Shown here: in pieces, positions 9,873 through 18,097 of the stretch
Numbering within the stretch: the stretch's first letter is position 1
Layout of the letters: the number at the start of each line of letters is the position of its first letter
Source: Candidatus Altiarchaeota archaeon
Lineage (GTDB): Archaea; Altiarchaeota; Altiarchaeia; IMC4; SCGC-AAA252-I15
Assembly (NCBI GenBank): GCA_043813075.1
Contig: JBDRLL010000012.1
Span: forward strand, 1-57,532
Direction of reading: 5' to 3'
DNA: 57,532 nt
Translations under genes and position numbers: made by a program
The notes under the pieces: generated by a model
Database searches by the model: none
What the model was told of the DNA's origin: nothing
Seen by the model: only the letters and a program-made list of their open reading frames with translations

Positions 9873-10277
9873 ATGATACTATCCGAACCGTGGATGCTGG
9901 CGATAATCGTGGCGGCAGGCGCCGTAATCGGCCTCATCATAGGCCGGCGTCTGGGATTCCATAGCGGCTACAGGTTCTTCGAGAAGAACGTGCTCCCCAG
10001 GAGGCTTGACTCTTCAAGGGCTTCTCTGAAGGGCCAGATAAGCGAGCACCTCGTACCCTACCTTCCCGGATTCGAGTTCAGGCCGAGTGAATGCAAGTTC
10101 CTGGGCAAGCCTGTCGACTTCATAGTCTTCAGGGGGCTTGATGCAGGCGAGGTCGAGGAGGTGGTGTTCCTTGAGGTTAAGACCGGTAAGTCTGCCGAGA
10201 CTGGTGTTGAGAGGAGCATAAGCAGGGCTGTTGAACGCGGGAGGGTGTCGTACAGCCTTTACAGGCTTCCAAAGTGA
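9873..10277 (+). CDS. Holliday-junction-resolvase-like PD-(D/E)xK endonuclease with N-terminal TM
   Basis: KGQISEHLVP...FLGKPVDFIVF...FLEVKTG pattern of the Endonuc_Holl family. Confidence 0.85.
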   Translation: MILSEPWMLAIIVAAGAVIGLIIGRRLGFHSGYRFFEKNVLPRRLDSSRASLKGQISEHLVPYLPGFEFRPSECKFLGKPVDFIVFRGLDAGEVEEVVFLEVKTGKSAETGVERSISRAVERGRVSYSLYRLPK

Positions 10278-10283
10278 ATACCG

Positions 10284-10760
10284 CTAGAAAACGTTTTCCC
10301 CTATTATCTCCGCACGGCATTTAGTCCATGGCGGAGGCCATTTGTATATCACGTTGTATCTCTTCCTGACTCCTGGATTGAGGTTTTTCACTTCAGTCCT
10401 CTGTTCGCCACCTGGAACGACTCTTTCCTCATCTGACTCCAGGTATGTTGCGAGGGTTAATGACCGTATGTGTTTGTTGCCGACATTCTTCACGTAAACT
10501 GACACGGTCGTCTTACCGTAGTAGTCGCTGTCGCATCCGACGACGTCGACATGGATATCATCCTTGTATATCACGGGGTCATGTGAGAACGTTTCGCTTG
10601 TGGTCGCTGAAAGCTCGTCGTAATACCTTGTTCCATTCGTCATCTGCTTTATGTTATCCGGATATGTTATGACTGTGTCTGAAGCATCCCACAGCATTAT
10701 TACTGCTATGGATACGGTGAATAGGATGAAAACGGCTATGAATGCCTTATTGTTCATCAT
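10284..10760 (-). CDS. Membrane-anchored protein with Ig-like (FxLYD-like) domain
   Basis: N-terminal TM; 'VYVKNVG...NLNPG' beta-sandwich pattern. Confidence 0.6.
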   Translation of the reverse strand: MMNNKAFIAVFILFTVSIAVIMLWDASDTVITYPDNIKQMTNGTRYYDELSATTSETFSHDPVIYKDDIHVDVVGCDSDYYGKTTVSVYVKNVGNKHIRSLTLATYLESDEERVVPGGEQRTEVKNLNPGVRKRYNVIYKWPPPWTKCRAEIIGENVF

Positions 10761-10803
10761 ATACTAATAGTTGATTACTTTATTAATTCTGACGTCGGAC
10801 AAG

Positions 10804-11439
10804 ATGAATGATGTGGCTTTAAACATGTTGAATTTGCTGGTGGAGGCTTATCCTAAAGCACCTAAGACTTCCCTTAAATACCGGACCCCCCTTGAAATGC
10901 TGGTCTCAACAATACTCTCCGCCCAATGCACGGACGCGAGAGTGAATATAGTCACAAAAAAATTGTTCAAAAAGTACAGAAGGCCGGAGGACTACGCAAA
11001 CGCCCGACTTACCGACCTTGAGGCAGACATCAGGAGCACCGGCTTCTATCGTAACAAGGCCAGGAACATCCGGAATTCAGCGAGGAAGATAATCGAAGAA
11101 TACGGGGGGAATGTCCCAGACAGTATGGGTGACTTGCTTAAGCTCCCTGGTGTCGCACGCAAGACCGCGAACATAGTGTTATACAATTCATTCGGCAAGG
11201 TCGAGGGTATTGCGGTCGACACCCACGTGCGGAGGATATCCTACCGTATGGGCCTGACCGGCTCCAAAGACCCTGTGAGGATAGAGCAGGACCTGATGAA
11301 GACATATCCCAAAAGCATGTGGGGCCAGGTAAACCGCATCCTAGTCGAGCATGGTAGACAAACGTGCACTGCGAGGAAGGCGAAGTGTACTGAATGTCCG
11401 ATAGATGCTTTATGCCCCAAGAAGGATGTAAGCAGCTAG
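10804..11439 (+). CDS. nth: Endonuclease III
   Basis: ILSAQCTD, HhH LPGVARKTA, VDTHV, C-x6-C-x2-C-x5-C 4Fe-4S motif. Confidence 0.96.
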   Translation: MNDVALNMLNLLVEAYPKAPKTSLKYRTPLEMLVSTILSAQCTDARVNIVTKKLFKKYRRPEDYANARLTDLEADIRSTGFYRNKARNIRNSARKIIEEYGGNVPDSMGDLLKLPGVARKTANIVLYNSFGKVEGIAVDTHVRRISYRMGLTGSKDPVRIEQDLMKTYPKSMWGQVNRILVEHGRQTCTARKAKCTECPIDALCPKKDVSS

Positions 11440-11442
11440 TCT

Positions 11443-12171
11443 CTAAAAGCCCAGGTCTCCGCCTAGCATGCCGCGTATGCCTGAAACCTCGCCCCTACCA
11501 GCCCTGCTGGCTGAAATCACCCTGTCAGCCAGCCTGCTGAAAGGCAGTGTCTGCATCAGCACCCTTCCCGGCCCCTTCAGCAGCGCGAAGAAGAGCCCTT
11601 CACCGCCGAATAGTGCTGTCTTGACGCCGCCCACAAACTTTATGTCATAGTGCACGGTGTCCTCGAATGCCACGAGACATCCTGTGTCTACACGCAACTC
11701 CTGTCCTGGCTCAAGGTTCCGCTCTAATATCGTTCCGCCGGCGTGTATGAACGCCTGGCCGCGTCCACTGAGTTTTTGGAGTATGAATCCCTCCCCCCCA
11801 AAGAATCCTGCACCAAGCTTTTTGGTGAATCCTATACTAATGTCCACGCCGTCAGTGGAACACAGGTAGCTGTCCTTCTGGCACATGATGACCTTACCGT
11901 CAACGTCTAATGGCATTATTTTACCTGGGAAAGGCCCGCTGAATGATACTTCACCCTGGACTCCCACACAGTCGAAGTGGGGTATGAAGAAGCTTTCCCC
12001 TGAAACCATCCTCTTCAACCCGCTCATCACGCCGCCTCCAGTCGTGGTCTCCATCTGTATGTTGTCGTCCATGTACATCATGGCTCCGGATTCGGCCCTT
12101 ATCCGCTCGCCCTTCTTCATCCTGAATATTATCGCCTGCATGTCGTCTCCGATAATCTCGTAGTCCACCAT
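11443..12171 (-). CDS. TIGR00266 / AIM24 family protein
   Basis: AESGAM, GESFF, GFFGGEGF, VDTGCLVAF, GPGRV..QTLP motifs. Confidence 0.92.
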   Translation of the reverse strand: MVDYEIIGDDMQAIIFRMKKGERIRAESGAMMYMDDNIQMETTTGGGVMSGLKRMVSGESFFIPHFDCVGVQGEVSFSGPFPGKIMPLDVDGKVIMCQKDSYLCSTDGVDISIGFTKKLGAGFFGGEGFILQKLSGRGQAFIHAGGTILERNLEPGQELRVDTGCLVAFEDTVHYDIKFVGGVKTALFGGEGLFFALLKGPGRVLMQTLPFSRLADRVISASRAGRGEVSGIRGMLGGDLGF

Positions 12172-12209
12172 GTTATCACCGTAATTAATTTACGGTTGAA
12201 TATTTAATT

Positions 12210-12659
12210 ATGGGTCTTGACGAGTACCGGCGTAAGAGGGATGCTGGCAAAACTACGGAGCCTTTCGATGATGAAGTCGAAGTGGACCGTCCGGTGTACG
12301 TAATACAAAGGCATCAGGCCAGCCACCTGCACTGGGATCTCCGGCTAGAGTTCGAGGGCGTACTGAAGAGCTGGGCTGTCCCCAAGGAGCCACCTAAGGA
12401 TGCAGGCGTCCGCAGGCTGGCAGTTCAGACTGAAGACCATCCTCTGGCTTACGCCAGCTTCGAGGGTGAGATACCTAAAGGAGAGTATGGTGGGGGGTCA
12501 GTTGAGATATGGGATTCAGGCACGTTCCAATTGTTGGAGAAGACTGAAGGCAAGATAATCATCGACATAAAAGGGCGGGTGCTTAAAGGCCCGTACGTGC
12601 TCGTCCGGACCAAGCAGGCTGGGGGTAGGAACTGGCTCTTCTTCAAGATGAAGCCCTAG
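12210..12659 (+). CDS. Stand-alone LigD-type DNA 3'-phosphoesterase
   Basis: LDEYRRKRD..T.EP, IQRHQASHLHWDLRLE, SWAVPK, EDHPLAY, YGGG.V.IWD.G. Confidence 0.93.
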   Translation: MGLDEYRRKRDAGKTTEPFDDEVEVDRPVYVIQRHQASHLHWDLRLEFEGVLKSWAVPKEPPKDAGVRRLAVQTEDHPLAYASFEGEIPKGEYGGGSVEIWDSGTFQLLEKTEGKIIIDIKGRVLKGPYVLVRTKQAGGRNWLFFKMKP

Positions 12660-13486
12660 TACGCCGAGAAGCTTGAGGCCAGCGACAGAAGGGACAGCCC
12701 CACGACCACCATCAGCAGGAATATTATCGCCCCTATAGCTGCCACCGTGAGTATAACTGCGAGTATGGACTTCAGTAGTGAAATCCTGTGGACTCTCTCA
12801 AAGGCGAGTATCATCTCCGTCAGGGTGACGAGAGAAACTATGGCATACAATAATAGAGTCAACGCTCCCTCCATCCTTATCAGCGTAAGCAGCGACACGA
12901 TGACTATCGAGAGGATGTTCCATAGGCCACAGTACCCGTTCACCGCCAGAGTGCTCTTAAAATCGCCTGCGCCACCCATCAGCTTTAGGAATCCGTGCAT
13001 CAGAAGGCTGGTTAGCACAAGTATTAACGGGCTTAACACCATCATTATGAGCGCGTGTATGCTCAAGCCTATGATGAACCCGAACGTGTATGCGGCCGCC
13101 AGCGACTCTTGCTGGGGTATGTTAGGTATCAGGTCTGGGCGCATGAAGAGGTTCATGAACGCGAAGAAGTCGTTCAATAGTATACCCACCACTATTATCA
13201 GCATTATGTCCCCCCAAGGCTGGTGTCTGGCGATGTCCTCGAACACGTTGATGTTGAAGGACAGGACCCCCCTGATCCTCTCGTGGAAACTTAGCTTGAA
13301 TGCTTGAGTGTTCCTAACCAGGTCCTCCAGGCTCTTGGGTTGTCTCTGCGCCTCAACTGCAGTCGCATCCGGCCTTACTGGAGGGGCCTTGCCTCCCTTC
13401 TCGGAGTATATCAGCCTGACCCTGCATACCGGGCACTCAAGGTAGTCGTCGGAGACTGTTTTGTCGCAGTGGGGGCAATAAGCCAT
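12656..13486 (-). CDS. Yip1-family membrane protein with N-terminal zinc ribbon
   Basis: CPHC...CPVC, then multiple TMs with 'LMGGAGDF'. Confidence 0.8.
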   Translation of the reverse strand: MAYCPHCDKTVSDDYLECPVCRVRLIYSEKGGKAPPVRPDATAVEAQRQPKSLEDLVRNTQAFKLSFHERIRGVLSFNINVFEDIARHQPWGDIMLIIVVGILLNDFFAFMNLFMRPDLIPNIPQQESLAAAYTFGFIIGLSIHALIMMVLSPLILVLTSLLMHGFLKLMGGAGDFKSTLAVNGYCGLWNILSIVIVSLLTLIRMEGALTLLLYAIVSLVTLTEMILAFERVHRISLLKSILAVILTVAAIGAIIFLLMVVVGLSLLSLASSFSAY

Positions 13487-13535
13487 TGATATAGTTATTG
13501 TCTGTTTTTAATAAAACCCTGCATTAATTGATAGC

Positions 13536-13784
13536 ATGAGGGACGGATGGCTCAGGCGGAGGTTTCAATGGTATCTCCGGCGCAGGGATGTGTTGGAGAC
13601 TCATTCTCGTAGGGAGGGGAATTGTGTCAGATGCGGTGGCTGCTGTCTAGGATGTCCTTTCTACGTTAAGAAGGATAGTTCATGCAGGATCTACAAGCGT
13701 AGGCCAGACATCTGCCGGATGTTCCCCTTGTCTCCCAAGGACATAAAAAACATACCCTCCTGTGGTTTTTCATTCAGAGAATAA
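13536..13784 (+). CDS. YkgJ-like CxxCxxCC cysteine-cluster protein
   Basis: CVRCGGCC...CPF...CRIY..RP..CR.FP. Confidence 0.85.
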   Translation: MRDGWLRRRFQWYLRRRDVLETHSRREGNCVRCGGCCLGCPFYVKKDSSCRIYKRRPDICRMFPLSPKDIKNIPSCGFSFRE

Positions 13785-13786
13785 GG

Positions 13787-14428
13787 CTACTTAGGCTCCT
13801 TAACGTGAAGCCATCCGAACGCCATATATGTTATTATGAGGAACATTATGAGCATCAGCCCATACGTGAAGTCAAGCACGAAAACTCCAAGGACTATCGC
13901 TATTAACGTTGAGATGGTCCGCCTGCCCTTAAAGTTTAGCCTATAATACTTTATCCTGAATGCGAGCATCAATAGGGATAGTATCACCATCAAAAGGTTG
14001 TGCGACACCGGGATTTCAGGCTTTAGCAGTGATATTGACGCTATGAATCCGCCTGCCACTGTTGTCGGCATGCCATAGAAGAACCTGTCGTTCTTGGTCT
14101 TCATGAAGTATATCAGCCGGTATCCTGAAGCAGCTATGAAGAATAATGCTATGTAAACGTTGACGTCAAATAGTTTAACCGTTAGGACCGCAGCTGCCAC
14201 ACCAAATGATATGAAGTCGGATATCAAGTCCATGTAACTGCCTATCCTTGTCGTGGATTTAAGCAGTCTTGCCATATACCCGTCAAAACAGTCTACTATG
14301 ACTGAGACCATTATCATTCCAGCAGACTTGCCGTATTGGCCTGATAGGGCCAGGAGTATCGCGGCTATGCCGAATCCTATGTTTATTAGAGTCAGCGAAT
14401 TCGGTATGTGTCTTGAAATATTACTCAT
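13787..14428 (-). CDS. pssA: CDP-alcohol phosphatidyltransferase (archaetidyl/phosphatidylserine synthase)
   Basis: IPNSLT, DxxDGxxAR-x7-G..D..SD motif, F.GMPT; overlaps psd. Confidence 0.88.
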   Translation of the reverse strand: MSNISRHIPNSLTLINIGFGIAAILLALSGQYGKSAGMIMVSVIVDCFDGYMARLLKSTTRIGSYMDLISDFISFGVAAAVLTVKLFDVNVYIALFFIAASGYRLIYFMKTKNDRFFYGMPTTVAGGFIASISLLKPEIPVSHNLLMVILSLLMLAFRIKYYRLNFKGRRTISTLIAIVLGVFVLDFTYGLMLIMFLIITYMAFGWLHVKEPK

Positions 14429-15038
14429 CAATAACACCAATCATGCTCTCGCCTGCAGTCAAATTATCTCCCTTAGACACTATAACTTTTACATTTAAAG
14501 GCATCAAAACGTCAACCCTGGAACCGTACTTTATCATCCCTATCCTACCCCCCTTGGAGACAATGTCCCCCTCATTTATGAAGCATACTATCCTCCTGGC
14601 GAATATGCCAGCATACTGTTCGACAGCAATCCTGAATGTTCCTTCAAACTCTATGCGATTGCGTTCCCTGACAGTAAGGTCTCCTTTCTTGTATGCAGTC
14701 ACCTTGCGTCCGGGCGTATGCCTCACTGAAGCCACCTTAGCGTCCATTGGAGCCCTGTTGACGTGAACGTTGAACGCGGACATGAATATGCTAAGCCTCA
14801 TCGATTTTCCGACGAACTCATCCTCAAATTCCTCTACGTCAAGCACCGTGCCGTCGGCTGGGGAAACTAAGACACCCTCCCGACCAGGTATTATCCGTTC
14901 AGGATCCCTGAAGAAGAAAAGCGTGAATAGTATGAATAAACCGGGTAGGACGGCCAATATCGGCGAGAATACGTAGATCAATGAGAAAACGATCATGGAT
15001 GCGAGTATTATCGTCCAACACTCCCCTAGTCTTATCAT
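14421..15038 (-). CDS. psd: Archaetidyl/phosphatidylserine decarboxylase proenzyme
   Basis: FFRDPER, SPADG, IFMS..NVHVNRAP, KYGSRVD self-cleavage motif. Confidence 0.95.
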   Translation of the reverse strand: MIRLGECWTIILASMIVFSLIYVFSPILAVLPGLFILFTLFFFRDPERIIPGREGVLVSPADGTVLDVEEFEDEFVGKSMRLSIFMSAFNVHVNRAPMDAKVASVRHTPGRKVTAYKKGDLTVRERNRIEFEGTFRIAVEQYAGIFARRIVCFINEGDIVSKGGRIGMIKYGSRVDVLMPLNVKVIVSKGDNLTAGESMIGVIDE

Positions 15039-15067
15039 GAATCAAGAATTGCAGTATACATATAAAA

Positions 15068-15116
15068 ACCTGGTGTTGGGAGGTGCCCTTAAAAACAGCG
15101 GGCACCCCAACCAGGT
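15068..15116 (-). terminator. GC-rich hairpin plus U-tract 3' of the histone gene
   Basis: ACCTGG..TTGGGAGGTGCCC pairs with GGGCACCCCAACCAGGT; on the minus strand it is followed by a T-run. Confidence 0.55.
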
Positions 15117-15124
15117 ATGTTAAC

Positions 15125-15292
15125 CTACAAGTCCCTAGCTTGAAGGGTCTTTCGGCCGTTTGCTATGCAACGCTCTTCTGCTGCGGCAATCAGCGCCTGA
15201 ACCTTCTTGTCCAGTGCGTCGTAAAACTCGCTGCCAACGTTGCACGTCTTCACGTATTCCTTTACTTTGCTTTTCACAATCAAATCAGCCAT
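15125..15292 (-). CDS. Short prokaryotic histone-fold protein (DUF1931 / truncated-alpha3 type), 55 aa
   Basis: Translated by hand: MADLIVKSKVKEYVKTCNVGSEFYDALDKKVQALIAAAEERCIANGRKTLQARDL; R-x3-NGRKT-x3-RDL histone signature; GAGGT RBS upstream. Below the ORF-track cutoff. Confidence 0.9.
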   Translation of the reverse strand: MADLIVKSKVKEYVKTCNVGSEFYDALDKKVQALIAAAEERCIANGRKTLQARDL

Positions 15293-15385
15293 ATTCTAAC
15301 ACCTCATATAGTTTATTTTAATATTTACATGCATAAACCCCTTAAAAAACGTTAAAATCAGGTTTTTCAAGGCAAATCAGGAGTT

Positions 15386-15538
15386 TCACAACACATACTT
15401 GTATGCCAGATAGATGATTACAGCAAGTATTATTGCCTCATCCAGGAAGGCTATCAGTATCTTTGATAACTCCTTGAGATTACCCTCCTTTTTCTCAAGT
15501 TCCACGTCCTCTGAAGGCCAGTTCATACCAGAACTCAT
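15386..15538 (-). CDS. Small single-TM protein, 50 aa
   Basis: Translated by hand: MSSGMNWPSEDVELEKKEGNLKELSKILIAFLDEAIILAVIIYLAYKYVL; starts 10 nt after the trxA stop. Confidence 0.55.
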   Translation of the reverse strand: MSSGMNWPSEDVELEKKEGNLKELSKILIAFLDEAIILAVIIYLAYKYVL

Positions 15539-15548
15539 CTTTTCTCTG

Positions 15549-15950
15549 CTAACTAATGTGCCTGGATATCTTATGTTCGATCGACTCTTTTGGCATGGCC
15601 CCTACTATCTGGTCCACTAGCTTAGCGTCCTTGAACACAAGCAGTGTTGGTATGCTCATGACGTTGAATTTCGCAGGTACTTCCTGGTTTTCATCAACAT
15701 TAAGCTTGCCGAACACTATCCTCCCAGCATATTCCTTAGCCAATTCATCTATTATCGGGGCTATCATGCGGCATGGCCCGCACCATGAGGCCCACATGTC
15801 TAGGACCACTACTGGGTTTTTTGATATGATGTCGTTGAATGAGTCGTCCGTTACCTCTACTACCTTGTCCATAGCTACTCCCCGCGTCTTCTCTTGTTTC
15901 TCCAAGATCTCCCTCATCTTTTTTTGTCTTAACTCATCTAGTTCATTCAT
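15549..15950 (-). CDS. trxA: Thioredoxin
   Basis: WCGPC active site; archaeal N-terminal helical extension. Confidence 0.96.
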   Translation of the reverse strand: MNELDELRQKKMREILEKQEKTRGVAMDKVVEVTDDSFNDIISKNPVVVLDMWASWCGPCRMIAPIIDELAKEYAGRIVFGKLNVDENQEVPAKFNVMSIPTLLVFKDAKLVDQIVGAMPKESIEHKISRHIS

Positions 15951-15964
15951 GTTGCTAACCCTAA

Positions 15965-16363
15965 TTATTTTGATTCAATACTATAAATCCTGAATTCAGG
16001 CGGGTCTTGGATGCACTTCTTTACAGTGCATGATTCTACTGATTTTAGCACAGCATTCCTGTATTCTGGCGGGAAATCCTCGGGAAGTGAAACCCCAACA
16101 AGTATCCTGCTAATCCTCCGGTTCTCCTTATCATACTCTGTGTCTAGACTAAGTGATATGCCTTCAGAGGATATGCCCCGTCTGCTGCAGAAGCTTAGCA
16201 CGTAGTATCCCGCGCACGCCGCTATCGAGGAAAGGAATAGCGTGAATGGTGCTGGAGCGGAGTCCTCGCCTCCATTGGCTTCTAACTGGTCTGTCAGCAC
16301 GTTATGCTTGCCCACGCTAACGTTAACCTGCATGCCACCTGGGAACGAGACTTTCATTGCCAT
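15965..16363 (-). CDS. OsmC-family protein
   Basis: TDQ...GG...P.P..LFL.S.A.C and C-terminal CTVK. Confidence 0.9.
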   Translation of the reverse strand: MAMKVSFPGGMQVNVSVGKHNVLTDQLEANGGEDSAPAPFTLFLSSIAACAGYYVLSFCSRRGISSEGISLSLDTEYDKENRRISRILVGVSLPEDFPPEYRNAVLKSVESCTVKKCIQDPPEFRIYSIESK

Positions 16364-16415
16364 AAGCCGAGTATATAACTATCCCCTTTGAAATATTAAA
16401 TCATCGGTGAGTCTA

Positions 16416-16682
16416 ATGGATGTTGGAGACTTCAAGCGTGTGGTCCAGGAGAATGGCATACAGAAAGGAACTTTCATAGCCTTAAAGACGCGGAATAGTG
16501 TTTGCACAGGCTACTTCCTGGAGGCAGCATACAAGACCAGTCAGGGCGGGTTCGTGAATCTCGCGGGAACCAGGAAGCTTGGACAGGGCCGTGAGGAAGA
16601 GGACTGGTATGACCACAGTTACAGCATACCATTAGCCAGGATAACCGACGTCCAAGTGCTTGGACAACCTTTTGATGAATGA
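16416..16682 (+). CDS. Hypothetical protein (possibly small beta-barrel, Sm/SH3-like)
   Basis: GGTGA RBS before the ATG at 16416; beta-rich pattern ending 'IPLARITDVQV'. Confidence 0.6.
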   Translation: MDVGDFKRVVQENGIQKGTFIALKTRNSVCTGYFLEAAYKTSQGGFVNLAGTRKLGQGREEEDWYDHSYSIPLARITDVQVLGQPFDE

Positions 16683-16696
16683 TTGAGGTGAGATAA

Positions 16697-16897
16697 ATGC
16701 CTGTGGTTACGGTGGAAAGCTGGCCTATGGGTGAGTCCAGAAGGTCTGAGTTAATCAAGGGTATTACTGGTGTTTTCACTAGCCAGGGTATCCCTCCGGA
16801 GGCAGTGACTGTCATACTACATGAGAGTCCGATGGAGAACTGGGGTACTGGTGGGGAGCAGCATTCAGTGAAGTTCAAGGACCTGGTTAGGAGATAG
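16697..16897 (+). CDS. 4-oxalocrotonate tautomerase family protein
   Basis: Catalytic Pro1 (MP...), 'P.EAV.V...E....NWG.GG'; GAGGTGA RBS. Confidence 0.92.
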   Translation: MPVVTVESWPMGESRRSELIKGITGVFTSQGIPPEAVTVILHESPMENWGTGGEQHSVKFKDLVRR

Positions 16898-18040
16898 TCA
16901 GGCCCTCTCATACATGTGGTAGATGTATGCGAGTCCAGCCAGTAATAGCAGCATCAAAGCCCAGAACCATCTGCTGGAGTATATTATCCTCGACTTGTTG
17001 TGTAGGAAGTTGAATGCCTTTTCCTGGAGTTCCCCCAGCGACCTGGGCATCCTGATGCTTATGAACGGTGTGCTAATCACTATATAGTCTCTCACTGATA
17101 TGTTGCTCTGGTTGCCTCCAGCATACAGACTACGGTAATCCAGGACGTCTGCCTTCAGGACGTAGTCTCCCACTTCAACGCCCTCAGACACCCATATGTT
17201 GAATTCCAGTTCAGATTCTCCTCCCTGAGTCAACTGAACTTCCATTGACTTGATGTCCGCTTCAAAGCCGTCTGGAAGGAGGAGTTTCACGTTGTATAAC
17301 CCAGACTCGTTTGAGGACACGTTAACCCCCACCTTAACTGACTCCCCCTTCCCAGACTCGAGGGGGTTCCCCAACTCAACATGCACTTCCGGCCTGCCAC
17401 ATTCGTCGCATGGGCCACCGCAGTCCACCCACTCCTCCTCCTGGTTCTTGACGCCGTCAAAGCAGTTTGGTTCCGGCATAACAGTGGTTGTGGTGGTGGG
17501 AAGTGTGGTTGTTGACGTTATCCTGACTGTCGATGTTGTGGTGGAGGTTGTTGTGGTGTATGATGTTGTTGTGGTTGTCGTGGAGTCTCCAACAAGGTCT
17601 TCAGCCTTCGGATAGCTGAAGAATGTCGTGGAGGTGGTTGTCGTGGTCCTCACGATAGCCTCAAGTGTTGTCGTGGTGGTCTGCTCTCTCAGTGTGGTGG
17701 TCTGCCGCATAGTGCTGGTGGTTGTAGATGACGTGGTAGTCTCGCAGGGTGCGGTATAGCACTCTGACGTCATGTAGTCCACACAGCAGTTTGTGCACTC
17801 CATGCATTCGCCAGGACTCTTGCATGAGCAGTCCCGGCAGCAGTCGTAGGCGTTGTCCTGAACTGGAGCGCATCCCGTCGTGCCCCAAAAGCATGTGAAG
17901 CATAGTTCACAGTCCCTCTGCATGCTGCATGAGCATCCATTGCAGCAGGGGGGCATTATGCTTATGGCTTGGGATGATACTGTAGTTGCAACTAATGCCA
18001 GTAATAACGCCGTAAAAAAGGTTTTAATATCCAAATCCAT
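16898..18040 (-). CDS. Cys-rich, Thr-rich surface protein with Ig-like domain and C-terminal TM
   Basis: Signal peptide; two CC-x2-CSC-x4-C-x2-C modules; long Thr tracts; CFDGVKNQ.E..VDCGGPC motif; C-terminal TM. Confidence 0.8.
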   Translation of the reverse strand: MDLDIKTFFTALLLALVATTVSSQAISIMPPCCNGCSCSMQRDCELCFTCFWGTTGCAPVQDNAYDCCRDCSCKSPGECMECTNCCVDYMTSECYTAPCETTTSSTTTSTMRQTTTLREQTTTTTLEAIVRTTTTTSTTFFSYPKAEDLVGDSTTTTTTSYTTTTSTTTSTVRITSTTTLPTTTTTVMPEPNCFDGVKNQEEEWVDCGGPCDECGRPEVHVELGNPLESGKGESVKVGVNVSSNESGLYNVKLLLPDGFEADIKSMEVQLTQGGESELEFNIWVSEGVEVGDYVLKADVLDYRSLYAGGNQSNISVRDYIVISTPFISIRMPRSLGELQEKAFNFLHNKSRIIYSSRWFWALMLLLLAGLAYIYHMYERA

Positions 18041-18097
18041 GACCCTTAAACTCTATCTTATATTATATTTTAAAAGAAAAATCCAGTATTTATTGTT

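Noticed and set aside
15068-15116. SECIS element
   Set aside because: No in-frame UGA in the adjacent genes and no clear archaeal SECIS motif.
17480-17740. GTG/GTT-rich microsatellite-like tract (similar at ~450-540)
   Set aside because: Explained by poly-Thr coding on the minus strand with mixed codons.
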